Positions 1 through 7,183 are shown, numbered from the stretch's first letter. The stretch is DNA of 64,000 bases from a virus (IMGVR_UViG_3300030104_007872:1-64000), one strand, 5' to 3'. The notes: generated by a model from the letters alone, not told the origin. Numbers and translations: made by a program.

Positions 1-6
1 ACTCAC

Positions 7-297
7 TCAGTCTGAGTGAGTTAGGTCGGGGACAAGTGATTGAGCTTTCTTTACCTTGAGGTCTTCCCACTCTTGAATTTTCATAAAGCAAGCCTCTCTT
101 GTATCCTCACAATGTATCGGGTTGTTTGAAGCAGGCTCGAAAGAAAACTTTGGCTGATCAATCCACCAGCGATAAGTTGTTCGGGAGTTTTCCCAATCTC
201 CTTTATAAACAAAAAATCTTTCGCCAAAGATGTCTTCTACTAGCCAACCTTCATGCGGTTCGGTGGGCGGTCTGTGTATTCTTTGTGGTGCTTTCAT
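7..297 (-). CDS. hypothetical early protein
   Basis: ORF 7..330; ATG at 297 directly follows the upstream stop (TAAT-ATG), so it is the more likely start. Confidence 0.65.
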   Translation of the reverse strand: MKAPQRIHRPPTEPHEGWLVEDIFGERFFVYKGDWENSRTTYRWWIDQPKFSFEPASNNPIHCEDTREACFMKIQEWEDLKVKKAQSLVPDLTHSD

Positions 298-298
298 A

Positions 299-649
299 TT
301 AACTTTTTTGTCTCTCGTTGAATGCCTCAAACATGTTACTGCCTGTCCTTGCTCTCTGCTCCTCTTGACGCTTGCGCCAGTTTTGGTTATTCTTTACCTT
401 TTCCTTCTGTTGAATCAAGTCAACCATGGCATCAGTGATGGTCGCCACAGTGGTGCGGAAACGATAGATATCTTCTTTGTTTTCTACTGCTTCTTGGCAC
501 AGAGTATAAATGCACTCACGGCTGTGGGAGTCTACGCAGCGAGGTAGTTCCTGAAGTGCCGCCCAGCCTCTTTCAGCCATGCGAGTTTTCTTGAGTGTCT
601 CAACGATGAAATCGTATAAGGTTGTTCTAAGTGAGTTGCTGATTTTCAT
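299..649 (-). CDS. hypothetical early protein (leaderless)
   Basis: ORF 299..685; ATG at 649 is 7 nt after a TTGCAG-N17-TATAGT promoter, and the TTG start at 685 is the -35 box. Confidence 0.7.
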   Translation of the reverse strand: MKISNSLRTTLYDFIVETLKKTRMAERGWAALQELPRCVDSHSRECIYTLCQEAVENKEDIYRFRTTVATITDAMVDLIQQKEKVKNNQNWRKRQEEQRARTGSNMFEAFNERQKS

Positions 650-656
650 ATGAGTA

Positions 657-685
657 ACTATAAACGCTAATACTTCTTTCTGCAA
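657..685 (-). promoter_or_regulatory. sigma70-type early promoter
   Basis: TTGCAG (685-680), 17 nt, TATAGT (662-657). Confidence 0.7.
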
Positions 686-801
686 GCATTTTTATTCTTT
701 TTTTTCTTTCGATCAACGAAAGTTTTGCTACCGCGTAAAAGAAATCCTTCGATCCAGTCGCTCTTGCGCTTGGCGTGTCCGTGTCTTGGTGGTTTTTTCA
801 T
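667..801 (-). CDS. small basic protein, 44 aa (MKKPPRHGHAKRK...KKKKNKNACRKKY)
   Basis: Hand-translated, below the ORF-track cutoff; GTGTAA motif 8 nt upstream. Confidence 0.5.
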   Translation of the reverse strand: MKKPPRHGHAKRKSDWIEGFLLRGSKTFVDRKKKKNKNACRKKY

Positions 802-837
802 GGAGATAATTACACTAGGTTCAAATAGTAGGATGTA

Positions 838-866
838 AATCTAACCCACAAATAGGTAAATAGCAA
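838..866 (-). promoter_or_regulatory. sigma70-type early promoter
   Basis: TTGCTA-N17-TAGATT with A-rich upstream tract. Confidence 0.5.
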
Positions 867-911
867 GGATTATTTTATGTTTTCCCAAGTTTTATTCGCG
901 TGATAGCTTGT

Positions 912-999
912 GTAAGTCGTTGATACTTAACGAGTTACGCGGCGCGGGCTGGCCCCCGCGCCGTAACTCCTTGACGCTTAACGAGTTACGTTGTCAAGT
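912..999. repeat. early-region element copy 1 (27-bp palindrome, 24-bp GC hairpin, 27-bp palindrome, then TGTCAAGT)
   Basis: GTAAGTCGTTGATACTTAACGAGTTAC 912-938, GCGGCGCGGGCTGGCCCCCGCGCC 939-962, GTAACTCCTTGACGCTTAACGAGTTAC 963-989. Confidence 0.95.
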
Positions 1000-1016
1000 G
1001 TTTTTATTTATTTTTT

Positions 1017-1298
1017 TTAGCAGGGCTTAATCTTCTCAGCCCACGCCTTCATCTCAAAGCCACGATCATCAACGAACCGAAGCGCACCCGTGTCCTTGTC
1101 GGCAATGATGCCGAACTTGATCGCACCCATAAGCTGGCGCATAAACTTTGTAGCATAGAACCACTTTAGTTCTCCAGCATTGGCATCAAGTTGCATACCC
1201 CTGTTCTCCGCCCACTCCACGGAGAAGGTAGTGCCAGCCGCGTAAGGGCCGAAGTTTCCAGTGAGGACGAAGGTGGTAGGAAGGTCATTCATATTCAT
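1017..1298 (-). CDS. hypothetical early protein (leaderless)
   Basis: 93-aa ORF; ATG 5 nt after the -10 box. Confidence 0.8.
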   Translation of the reverse strand: MNMNDLPTTFVLTGNFGPYAAGTTFSVEWAENRGMQLDANAGELKWFYATKFMRQLMGAIKFGIIADKDTGALRFVDDRGFEMKAWAEKIKPC

Positions 1299-1303
1299 GC
1301 CTA

Positions 1304-1332
1304 ACTATACCACAGGTTGATTTAAAAGTCAA
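1304..1332 (-). promoter_or_regulatory. sigma70-type early promoter, extended -10
   Basis: TTGACT-N17-TATAGT with TG extension and A-tract upstream. Confidence 0.85.
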
Positions 1333-1379
1333 GTAGTTTTTTTGTGTTTCGGTGATTTTTTTTTCGAGTAACAACTTCT

Positions 1380-1467
1380 GTAAGTCCTTCACTGTCAACG
1401 AGTTACGCAGCGCGGGATGGCCCGCGCCCCGTAAGTCCTTGAGGCTTAACGAGTTGCGGTGTCAAGT
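1380..1467. repeat. early-region element copy 2
   Basis: Boxes 1380-1406 and 1431-1457, GC core 1407-1430. Confidence 0.95.
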
Positions 1468-1473
1468 TTTTTT

Positions 1474-1923
1474 TTATTTTAATTTAAAAAATGCGTGACC
1501 TCCCCAAAAGGCGACGGGCTTATGACCTCGCGCCCACTTGACCTTGCCAGTCTTCCATAGCTTTATAGTCATGTAGTGGTCGGCTTGGTTGATTACTTCG
1601 GTGTTCACCTTGTCCATGTTGCGAGCTAACTGCCAAGCATATTCTGCTTGTGGTAGAGTTAGCAAGAGATCCATTTTTTTACGGTTCGGGTCGTTCTTAT
1701 TCCAGCAACTGAATTGCCACGGTTGCAAGCATACCTGTTTAAAAGAAAGATTTCTTTTTTGCGCTCTGACTTTGATACAGGCCGCGACTGCATACATACC
1801 CGCCCGACCATCCCCGCGAGCTTCCGCGAGAATGGTCTGGGCAAGTATGCGTTGCTCACTACCTTTTGATTGTATTAATTGCGCGATTAGTAAACAGATT
1901 ATTATGAGAGCTTTGGATAACAT
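1474..1923 (-). CDS. SleB/Hydrolase_2-family cell wall hydrolase with N-terminal hydrophobic signal
   Basis: LAQTILAEARGDGRAGMYAVA, QFSCWN and GGHAFF motifs; start MLSKALIIICLLIAQL preferred. Confidence 0.85.
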   Translation of the reverse strand: MLSKALIIICLLIAQLIQSKGSEQRILAQTILAEARGDGRAGMYAVAACIKVRAQKRNLSFKQVCLQPWQFSCWNKNDPNRKKMDLLLTLPQAEYAWQLARNMDKVNTEVINQADHYMTIKLWKTGKVKWARGHKPVAFWGGHAFFKLK

Positions 1924-1996
1924 GGGTATAAGGCTAGGCGTTTTTATTTTTTCGGTTATCAAGATACTGGTGCGGATATTTTTGCTGAACATAACT

Positions 1997-2326
1997 TTAC
2001 CCTACCCACTTAACCACCTCAGCGACAGGCTCGCCGTTGATCTTTTCGATCCTGCCGACACGCATGGTGATATGGCGATTTTCGCCAGTTTCCATTTCCA
2101 CGACATCGACAGAGATGACAGCGTTGCCGTTAGACTCGGCAATCCATGAGGACTCAACGTCATGGATGAGGAACTTGCGAATGACGTCCGTGCCATGGTG
2201 GGAAACGGCACAGCAGTAGTCAACGACTTTATCGTTGAGAGCCTCGCGGAACTTGTCAGTGCGGAAAGCGTGAGAAGCGGGGAACTTGTGGAACAGGTCA
2301 GTAAGAGTTGAGATAGAGAATTGCAT
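1997..2326 (-). CDS. hypothetical early protein
   Basis: 109-aa ORF downstream of promoter 2367-2395. Confidence 0.75.
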   Translation of the reverse strand: MQFSISTLTDLFHKFPASHAFRTDKFREALNDKVVDYCCAVSHHGTDVIRKFLIHDVESSWIAESNGNAVISVDVVEMETGENRHITMRVGRIEKINGEPVAEVVKWVG

Positions 2327-2366
2327 AGGTAGTTTTTAGAGTTAAGTTAATGTTTTATTATAGGTA

Positions 2367-2395
2367 ACTATACCACAGGGTCAGGTATAAGTCAA
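2367..2395 (-). promoter_or_regulatory. sigma70-type early promoter
   Basis: TTGACT-N17-TATAGT. Confidence 0.85.
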
Positions 2396-2408
2396 GGGAA
2401 AAGATCAA

Positions 2409-2549
2409 TTATTTTTCGTTTTTTATTTCGTCGATGATATTGGCTTCATGCCAAACATGCCCGCCAGCATCCTCAAACAGATCCCCGCCAAGGGGCATCA
2501 TGTCGTTATCTTCGATGAACTTATTGATCTGATCCTCTGTGATTTCCAT
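2409..2549 (-). CDS. small acidic protein, 46 aa (MEITEDQINKFIEDNDMMPLGGDLFEDAGGHVWHEANIIDEIKNEK)
   Basis: Hand-translated; ATG 5 nt after the -10 box of promoter 2555-2583. Confidence 0.75.
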   Translation of the reverse strand: MEITEDQINKFIEDNDMMPLGGDLFEDAGGHVWHEANIIDEIKNEK

Positions 2550-2554
2550 GCCTG

Positions 2555-2583
2555 AATATACCACAGCCTCAGCGAATAGTCAA
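2555..2583 (-). promoter_or_regulatory. sigma70-type early promoter
   Basis: TTGACT-N17-TATATT. Confidence 0.85.
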
Positions 2584-2654
2584 ACACTTTTTATTGTTTT
2601 TTTATCTTTTTTTTCTTAACTTTTTACTTGACAAGGTTTTGAGTATTAACTTGT

Positions 2655-2742
2655 GTAAGTCGTTGGTTATCAAGGAGTTACGCGGCGCGGGCAGGCCCCC
2701 GCGCCGTAAGTCGTTGAGTATCAGGCAGTTACGGTGTCAAGT
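2655..2742. repeat. early-region element copy 3
   Basis: Boxes 2655-2681 and 2706-2732, GC core 2682-2705. Confidence 0.95.
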
Positions 2743-2757
2743 ATTTTTTTTACTTTT

Positions 2758-2997
2758 TTAATCCCATTTTTGCCACAGCACCTTGCCACCCTTGGAGAAG
2801 ACGCGCTGGCGGAGGACGGGACAGCCAAGCTCACCCTCGAAACGGCGCGTGACAGCACCCTGAAAGGCCATGGCCTTCTTAGGTGACGGTGAGATGCACA
2901 CGCGGGTGTCCGTCCCGCACTCCCAGTTGCCACCCAAGGAAGGCGGGCATTGCTGGAACTCGATGACGGTGAACTTGAAAAGGTTATTTTGAAACAT
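2758..2997 (-). CDS. hypothetical early protein (leaderless)
   Basis: 79-aa ORF; ATG 5 nt after the -10 box. Confidence 0.75.
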   Translation of the reverse strand: MFQNNLFKFTVIEFQQCPPSLGGNWECGTDTRVCISPSPKKAMAFQGAVTRRFEGELGCPVLRQRVFSKGGKVLWQKWD

Positions 2998-3002
2998 GCT
3001 AT

Positions 3003-3031
3003 ACTATACGACAGGCTAAGGTTAAAGTCAA
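3003..3031 (-). promoter_or_regulatory. sigma70-type early promoter
   Basis: TTGACT-N17-TATAGT. Confidence 0.85.
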
Positions 3032-3057
3032 GAGAAAAAAGGAATTATTTTTTGGGG

Positions 3058-3285
3058 TTAGCAAGCCATCCGATGGATGAACTCGCAAGTCCCGCGAAAG
3101 TCGCGGATGTCATCGCCCGCGTCACGCGCATCGTAGGCGAGGGACAGCACACACTGTATAGTGTGATTATCCACATCAGCCACGCCGTCGAAGGCATCGA
3201 CAAGCATCGCGTAGCGATGTGCCTTAGAAACATTAAGGCGGATGAAACGCAGGGCGGAAACAACAAGGTCATATGATGTAAGCAT
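3058..3285 (-). CDS. hypothetical early protein (leaderless)
   Basis: 75-aa ORF; ATG 5 nt after the -10 box, which selects this frame over 3045..3272. Confidence 0.75.
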   Translation of the reverse strand: MLTSYDLVVSALRFIRLNVSKAHRYAMLVDAFDGVADVDNHTIQCVLSLAYDARDAGDDIRDFRGTCEFIHRMAC

Positions 3286-3290
3286 AGGTA

Positions 3291-3319
3291 ACTATAACAC
3301 AGCCCTAGATTAAAGTCAA
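3291..3319 (-). promoter_or_regulatory. sigma70-type early promoter
   Basis: TTGACT-N17-TATAGT. Confidence 0.85.
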
Positions 3320-3347
3320 GGGAAAAGATGTTTTATTTTTGTTTTTT

Positions 3348-3479
3348 TTAACGGTCGGGGCTACCAAGGTAGACCCCGCGAATCTTATCGCTTGCCCAGC
3401 TAACAAAGCCAAACACAGGCACGGCATAAACACAGACAAGAAACAAGTAAAGGGCGACGGTATGCATTAGGTCATTCAT
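3348..3479 (-). CDS. small single-pass membrane protein, 43 aa
   Basis: Hand-translated MNDLMHTVALYLFLVCVYAVPVFGFVSWASDKIRGVYLGSPDR; ATG 6 nt after the -10 box. Confidence 0.7.
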   Translation of the reverse strand: MNDLMHTVALYLFLVCVYAVPVFGFVSWASDKIRGVYLGSPDR

Positions 3480-3485
3480 GGGGTA

Positions 3486-3514
3486 ACTATACCATGCCCT
3501 GAGCTAACCGTCAA
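3486..3514 (-). promoter_or_regulatory. sigma70-type early promoter
   Basis: TTGACG-N17-TATAGT. Confidence 0.85.
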
Positions 3515-3561
3515 GTCTTTTTTTTATTTTTATTGTATTTTTTTTATGCGTGTTAACTCTT

Positions 3562-3669
3562 GTAAGTCGTTGACTGTCAAGGAGTTACGCTGCGCGGGTA
3601 GGCCCCCGCGTCGTAACTCGTTGATACTCAGGTAGTTATGACTGCTAGTCGTTCAGCATGATGTCAAGT
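3562..3669. repeat. early-region element copy 4
   Basis: Boxes 3562-3588 and 3613-3639, GC core 3589-3612; TGTCAAGT displaced 20 nt further out. Confidence 0.93.
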
Positions 3670-3815
3670 TTTTTTTTCCATTTTTTTCGGGCGAGTGTCT
3701 CATCGTTACCACACGATGCAAGCAGACGCTTGAAGCTCTCCCACGTTGGCCGTGGCTGTGCCATCTCTTCCCATGAGCGCAAGCGTTCCTGTGGTGTCTC
3801 GATGATTCGCTTCAT
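3645..3815 (-). CDS. small protein, 56 aa (MKRIIETPQERLRSWEEMAQ...)
   Basis: Hand-translated; ATGA overlap with the stop of 3812..3931. Confidence 0.6.
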   Translation of the reverse strand: MKRIIETPQERLRSWEEMAQPRPTWESFKRLLASCGNDETLARKKWKKKLDIMLND

Positions 3816-3931
3816 GGCTTGCTGAGTCTGCGCTTGCTGATGCTCTCACGCAGTCGCTCTAGTCGCACAATCTTGCGCTTGCGTTTGCGTTTGAGTTCTT
3901 TGTTGTGTTTCTTTGTGCTGTATGTTTGCAT
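3812..3931 (-). CDS. very basic small protein, 39 aa (MQTYSTKKHNKELKRKRKRKIVRLERLRESISKRRLSKP)
   Basis: Hand-translated; follows 3951..4214 in the same orientation. Confidence 0.55.
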   Translation of the reverse strand: MQTYSTKKHNKELKRKRKRKIVRLERLRESISKRRLSKP

Positions 3932-3950
3932 GACGTTAGTGTGTTAGTGT

Positions 3951-4214
3951 TTAGTACTGTCGCCCAATGCTCAGGTCAACGCGACCATGTGCAACGTCGA
4001 GTAGATCGCCGTGTGCCTTCCATGCTTCTTTCTTGCTAGGAAACTCGACGATGCGAGCAGTTCCCTCTGCTATCTTAGAGAACGGGTTACGGATAAGACG
4101 CTCGCACTTTTCGCGCCTGAAGTTGCCACCAAAGCAGACCTCATCAGAGATGCCTCTGCTAGTTTTCTTTTTAGCGAACAGAACGAAGAACGGAGTAGAG
4201 TCAGGTGTTTTCAT
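3951..4214 (-). CDS. hypothetical early protein (leaderless)
   Basis: 87-aa ORF; ATG 6 nt after the -10 box. Confidence 0.75.
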   Translation of the reverse strand: MKTPDSTPFFVLFAKKKTSRGISDEVCFGGNFRREKCERLIRNPFSKIAEGTARIVEFPSKKEAWKAHGDLLDVAHGRVDLSIGRQY

Positions 4215-4220
4215 ATGGTA

Positions 4221-4249
4221 AGTATACGATAGATTTATATGTAAGTCAA
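4221..4249 (-). promoter_or_regulatory. sigma70-type early promoter
   Basis: TTGACT-N17-TATACT. Confidence 0.85.
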
Positions 4250-4266
4250 GGATTATTTTTATTTGT

Positions 4267-4545
4267 TTAGCACCCGACCTTGCCTGAGTGCTTTATCATG
4301 CAGATCTGCATGATGTTCATAACGTCAGGGTTACGCTCAAGCGCAAGGTTATCCCTGAAGTTAGAATTGCGGGAAGTATCGCAAGCCATGCTTACGACTT
4401 CCTCGACAACATCCGCACGAAACTGCGGGTAATCGCGCACAAGTTGCGCGACAAGAACAGGCACATCATCGTGACGGTAGCGCAAGACGTTAGCGAGAAC
4501 GTCAGCGATGAAGGAAGGGAAGGAAGCGAGCATTGTGTTTTTCAT
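4267..4545 (-). CDS. hypothetical early protein
   Basis: ORF 4267..4614; ATG at 4545 preferred because the upstream part is promoter and leader. Confidence 0.7.
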   Translation of the reverse strand: MKNTMLASFPSFIADVLANVLRYRHDDVPVLVAQLVRDYPQFRADVVEEVVSMACDTSRNSNFRDNLALERNPDVMNIMQICMIKHSGKVGC

Positions 4546-4604
4546 TATTAGGTAGTGAGTTAAGTTAGAATTAAAAGGCTTATTTAATTGCCTATTACTC
4601 TGTA

Positions 4605-4633
4605 AGTATATCACACAATCGAAAGAATTGCAA
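4605..4633 (-). promoter_or_regulatory. sigma70-type early promoter (first of the array)
   Basis: TTGCAA-N17-TATACT. Confidence 0.75.
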
Positions 4634-4867
4634 ACGTTATTTATCTTTTAATTGTTACAATGTTGTAACATAAAAACACTTGACAGGTTTGTAAAACCCC
4701 CCCCATTTCTAAGAAAAAAAAGATTATAATTACTATAAAAGTCGCGGGGGGAGTGTTTTCTCATTCTGTCAATCGGCATACCCCTCCCCATTTCTCCGAA
4801 CGGGTCTTTGGGGGTCATGTTATCTTCTTTGCTGTTTAAAAAAAATTCCCAGCCCATATAATTAGAG

Positions 4868-5029
4868 ATGAACCTTGATCTTGTCACAAAGCTTCTCCCA
4901 GCCATAGCGGGTATTATGTATGCGGTAGTTGGCCTCGCGTATCTCCTTAAGAGTGAGTATGCTTGGAGTCTGATATGGATTTCCTACGCCACGGCCAACT
5001 TCGGCCTTACCGTTGCGGGAAACCAATAA
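4868..5029 (+). CDS. small two-helix membrane protein, 53 aa
   Basis: Hand-translated MNLDLVTKLLPAIAGIMYAVVGLAYLLKSEYAWSLIWISYATANFGLTVAGNQ; TATAAT 5 nt upstream of ATG. Confidence 0.7.
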   Translation: MNLDLVTKLLPAIAGIMYAVVGLAYLLKSEYAWSLIWISYATANFGLTVAGNQ

Positions 5030-5081
5030 AACACAAAAAAGCTCATAGCCCCAAAAACATTAATAAGTGTAATAATCTTGG

Positions 5082-5984
5082 ATGAGTCTTCCATATAGTG
5101 AATTTCCCGTTTACGTTGGACAGCCGAATAGTGATTCGGTAACCAACGAGAAAAGCAATTTCCTTGCAGCTACAGATGTGAACGTTAGTTATGCCGCGAG
5201 CATGACGCCGAAGCGAAGTGTTGTGGGAATAGGCGTAGCAGATCCCGATCCCAACAAAAGCATAGATCAATCCAATGCATTTACTTTTGGCGGTCCACTC
5301 ACAGCGAATATTTCTTTTGGTTTATTCTTGAACAATTCCGTCGGGGTGGGGGAGGATGGTTACTCTTTTTTAACGGGAAGCAACCAAGATAAGTATTTTC
5401 CAATACAAGTGGGAAGCGGTAAATTTGAAAGATGTTATTTAGATAGCTTTTCGGTTGATGTCCAGCCATACCAGCCAGTTAGCCTACAGGTTAATTTTAC
5501 TTCTCTCCGACCAGAGACGGGGGTTGCGATTTCTGGCGATTCAACACCATACAATGACGAGCATCCACCATTTGATTCTGATGAAGTAATTTATGGCCAC
5601 ACCTGTGCAGTGGCAGGAATGTCAACGCTATTTGGTAACGTTCAATCACAAATACAATATTCAAAAACATTTTCCAGAACCCCAGTTCTCACCTTGGGTT
5701 CGCTGGCCGCTGAAACGGCACTGTTGGATGAAGTGCAGCATCAGATGGTGGTGCAGGCAACAGGTCTTAACGAAATGATGCGATATACAGGAATTGGCAT
5801 CGGCACCACTAATCCTCTACCAAATCCCGTAACAGTTAACTTAACCAATGTGGATGGCGACACAAACTTCTATTTAAAAAGTTTAGATATGACTGCGGGT
5901 GCGCGAGTAAATACTCAAAGTTACGCCATGGCGGGAGGAGACACATTGGTAACAACTACAACTTTTACGCAGGCTTTAGTGTAA
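5082..5984 (+). CDS. tail-tube-fold structural protein (paralogue of 19648..20865 and 31958..32752)
   Basis: CYLDSFSVDVQPYQPVSLQVNF and FSRTPVLTLGS resemble motifs in the other tube-like proteins; GTGTAA upstream. Confidence 0.6.
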   Translation: MSLPYSEFPVYVGQPNSDSVTNEKSNFLAATDVNVSYAASMTPKRSVVGIGVADPDPNKSIDQSNAFTFGGPLTANISFGLFLNNSVGVGEDGYSFLTGSNQDKYFPIQVGSGKFERCYLDSFSVDVQPYQPVSLQVNFTSLRPETGVAISGDSTPYNDEHPPFDSDEVIYGHTCAVAGMSTLFGNVQSQIQYSKTFSRTPVLTLGSLAAETALLDEVQHQMVVQATGLNEMMRYTGIGIGTTNPLPNPVTVNLTNVDGDTNFYLKSLDMTAGARVNTQSYAMAGGDTLVTTTTFTQALV

Positions 5985-6008
5985 TTTTAGTGTAACTATA
6001 TATGTTAC

Positions 6009-6728
6009 ATGGCAATTAAAAAACCCTCGAACACCTTAGAGTTAAAACCACATTTTCACCACTCGATCAAGTTCAAAGAGAGGCGGTTCAAATTCACGGC
6101 CAAACAAAAGAAATTCCTAAGTATTCTTTTAGAGCCCGCTAACCAAATATTATTCGTTTCTGGACCAGCAGGTTCCAGCAAAACATATATGTCTCTTTAC
6201 GGTTGTTTGCGTTTAATGGCAGATGATACCGACAGGGAACTACTTTATGTCCGAAGTATAGCAGAAAGCGCAGATAAAGGATTAGGTAGCCTCCCTGGAG
6301 ATATAAGTGAAAAATTCAATCCATTTTTAATGCCGCTTTATGATAAGTTAGATGAAATCATTTTTGAGGGTGATAGGGATTTCCTGAGAAGGCAGGAAAG
6401 AATTTCCGCAGTCCCCATCAACTTTATGCGTGGCGCAAGCTGGAACAATAAACTCGTCATTGCGGATGAAGCTCAAAATTTTACCTTCAAAGAATTAACC
6501 ACGTTGATAACCCGTATCGGAGAGCAAAGTAAACTTATAATTTGCGGGGATTTTATGCAAAGTGATATAAATGGCAAAAGCGGCTTCCAAGAAATGTTTA
6601 ATCTTTTCAAAGACGATATCTCACAAGAAAACGGAATTCTATCATTTGCGTTTAACCAAAATGACATCGTAAGGAGTAAAATACTCAAGTTTATCGTTTC
6701 TAAATTAGAATCTCATAAAAAAGTGTAA
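6009..6728 (+). CDS. phoH: PhoH-family ATPase
   Basis: GPAGSSKT, LGSLPGD, FMRGASW, ADEAQN, GDFMQSD and DIVRS motifs. Confidence 0.95.
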   Translation: MAIKKPSNTLELKPHFHHSIKFKERRFKFTAKQKKFLSILLEPANQILFVSGPAGSSKTYMSLYGCLRLMADDTDRELLYVRSIAESADKGLGSLPGDISEKFNPFLMPLYDKLDEIIFEGDRDFLRRQERISAVPINFMRGASWNNKLVIADEAQNFTFKELTTLITRIGEQSKLIICGDFMQSDINGKSGFQEMFNLFKDDISQENGILSFAFNQNDIVRSKILKFIVSKLESHKKV

Positions 6729-6853
6729 TATAATAGGTATATAACAAGAGCAACGTCAACGCGCAAGCGGCGAACAGCTATATACAAAAGGACACGAGCC
6801 TTGTTTTAAAAATAGAAAAAACACCTTTTTAAATTATAAATATAAAAGAAACC

Positions 6854-7183
6854 ATGAGTCATTTATTTTGTCACAGTTGCGGAACCAAATTAGAATATGC
6901 ACACGCAAAACCAAATTTTTGCGTAAAGTGTGGCACCCCATTGGGTAATAATCTTTCGCAGGCATCGCAGCCCGCTGTCACTGCTCCTACCCCCCAACTC
7001 GAAGAAGACGAAACAAATACGGAACACGTTCCGCATATTGCAAATTTTCAAGTTGAAACCGAAGCGTCCGCTCGTAACACTTTCACAATAGGCTCATTGG
7101 CGGGAGAAAACACTGCTCCCGATTATATACCGAGGCGGGGAAGCCGCTCTCTCGATGATCTTATAGATGAAAGAGGGGGATAA
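6854..7183 (+). CDS. zinc-ribbon protein
   Basis: FCHSCG...PNFCVKCGTPL. Confidence 0.75.
   Translation: MSHLFCHSCGTKLEYAHAKPNFCVKCGTPLGNNLSQASQPAVTAPTPQLEEDETNTEHVPHIANFQVETEASARNTFTIGSLAGENTAPDYIPRRGSRSLDDLIDERGG

Noticed and set aside
2721-2933. Alternative-frame ORFs 2721..2933 and 3045..3272
   Set aside because: The overlapping frames starting at 2997 and 3285 have ATGs at the leaderless position
912-3669. Early repeats as a CRISPR array
   Set aside because: The 24-bp insert between boxes is conserved rather than unique, copies are hundreds of bases apart with genes between them, and no cas genes are present
912-3669. Early repeats as plain rho-independent terminators
   Set aside because: On the coding (minus) strand no U-tract follows the GC hairpin, and termination does not explain the paired 27-bp boxes at fixed spacing
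99-4551. Plus-strand ORFs in the early region (e.g. 230..547, 1589..2149, 2950..3276, 3967..4221, 4288..4551)
   Set aside because: Antisense shadows of promoter-linked minus-strand genes
4648-4905. 85-aa minus-strand ORF
   Set aside because: Crosses homopolymer-rich intergenic DNA and overlaps a better-supported plus-strand gene
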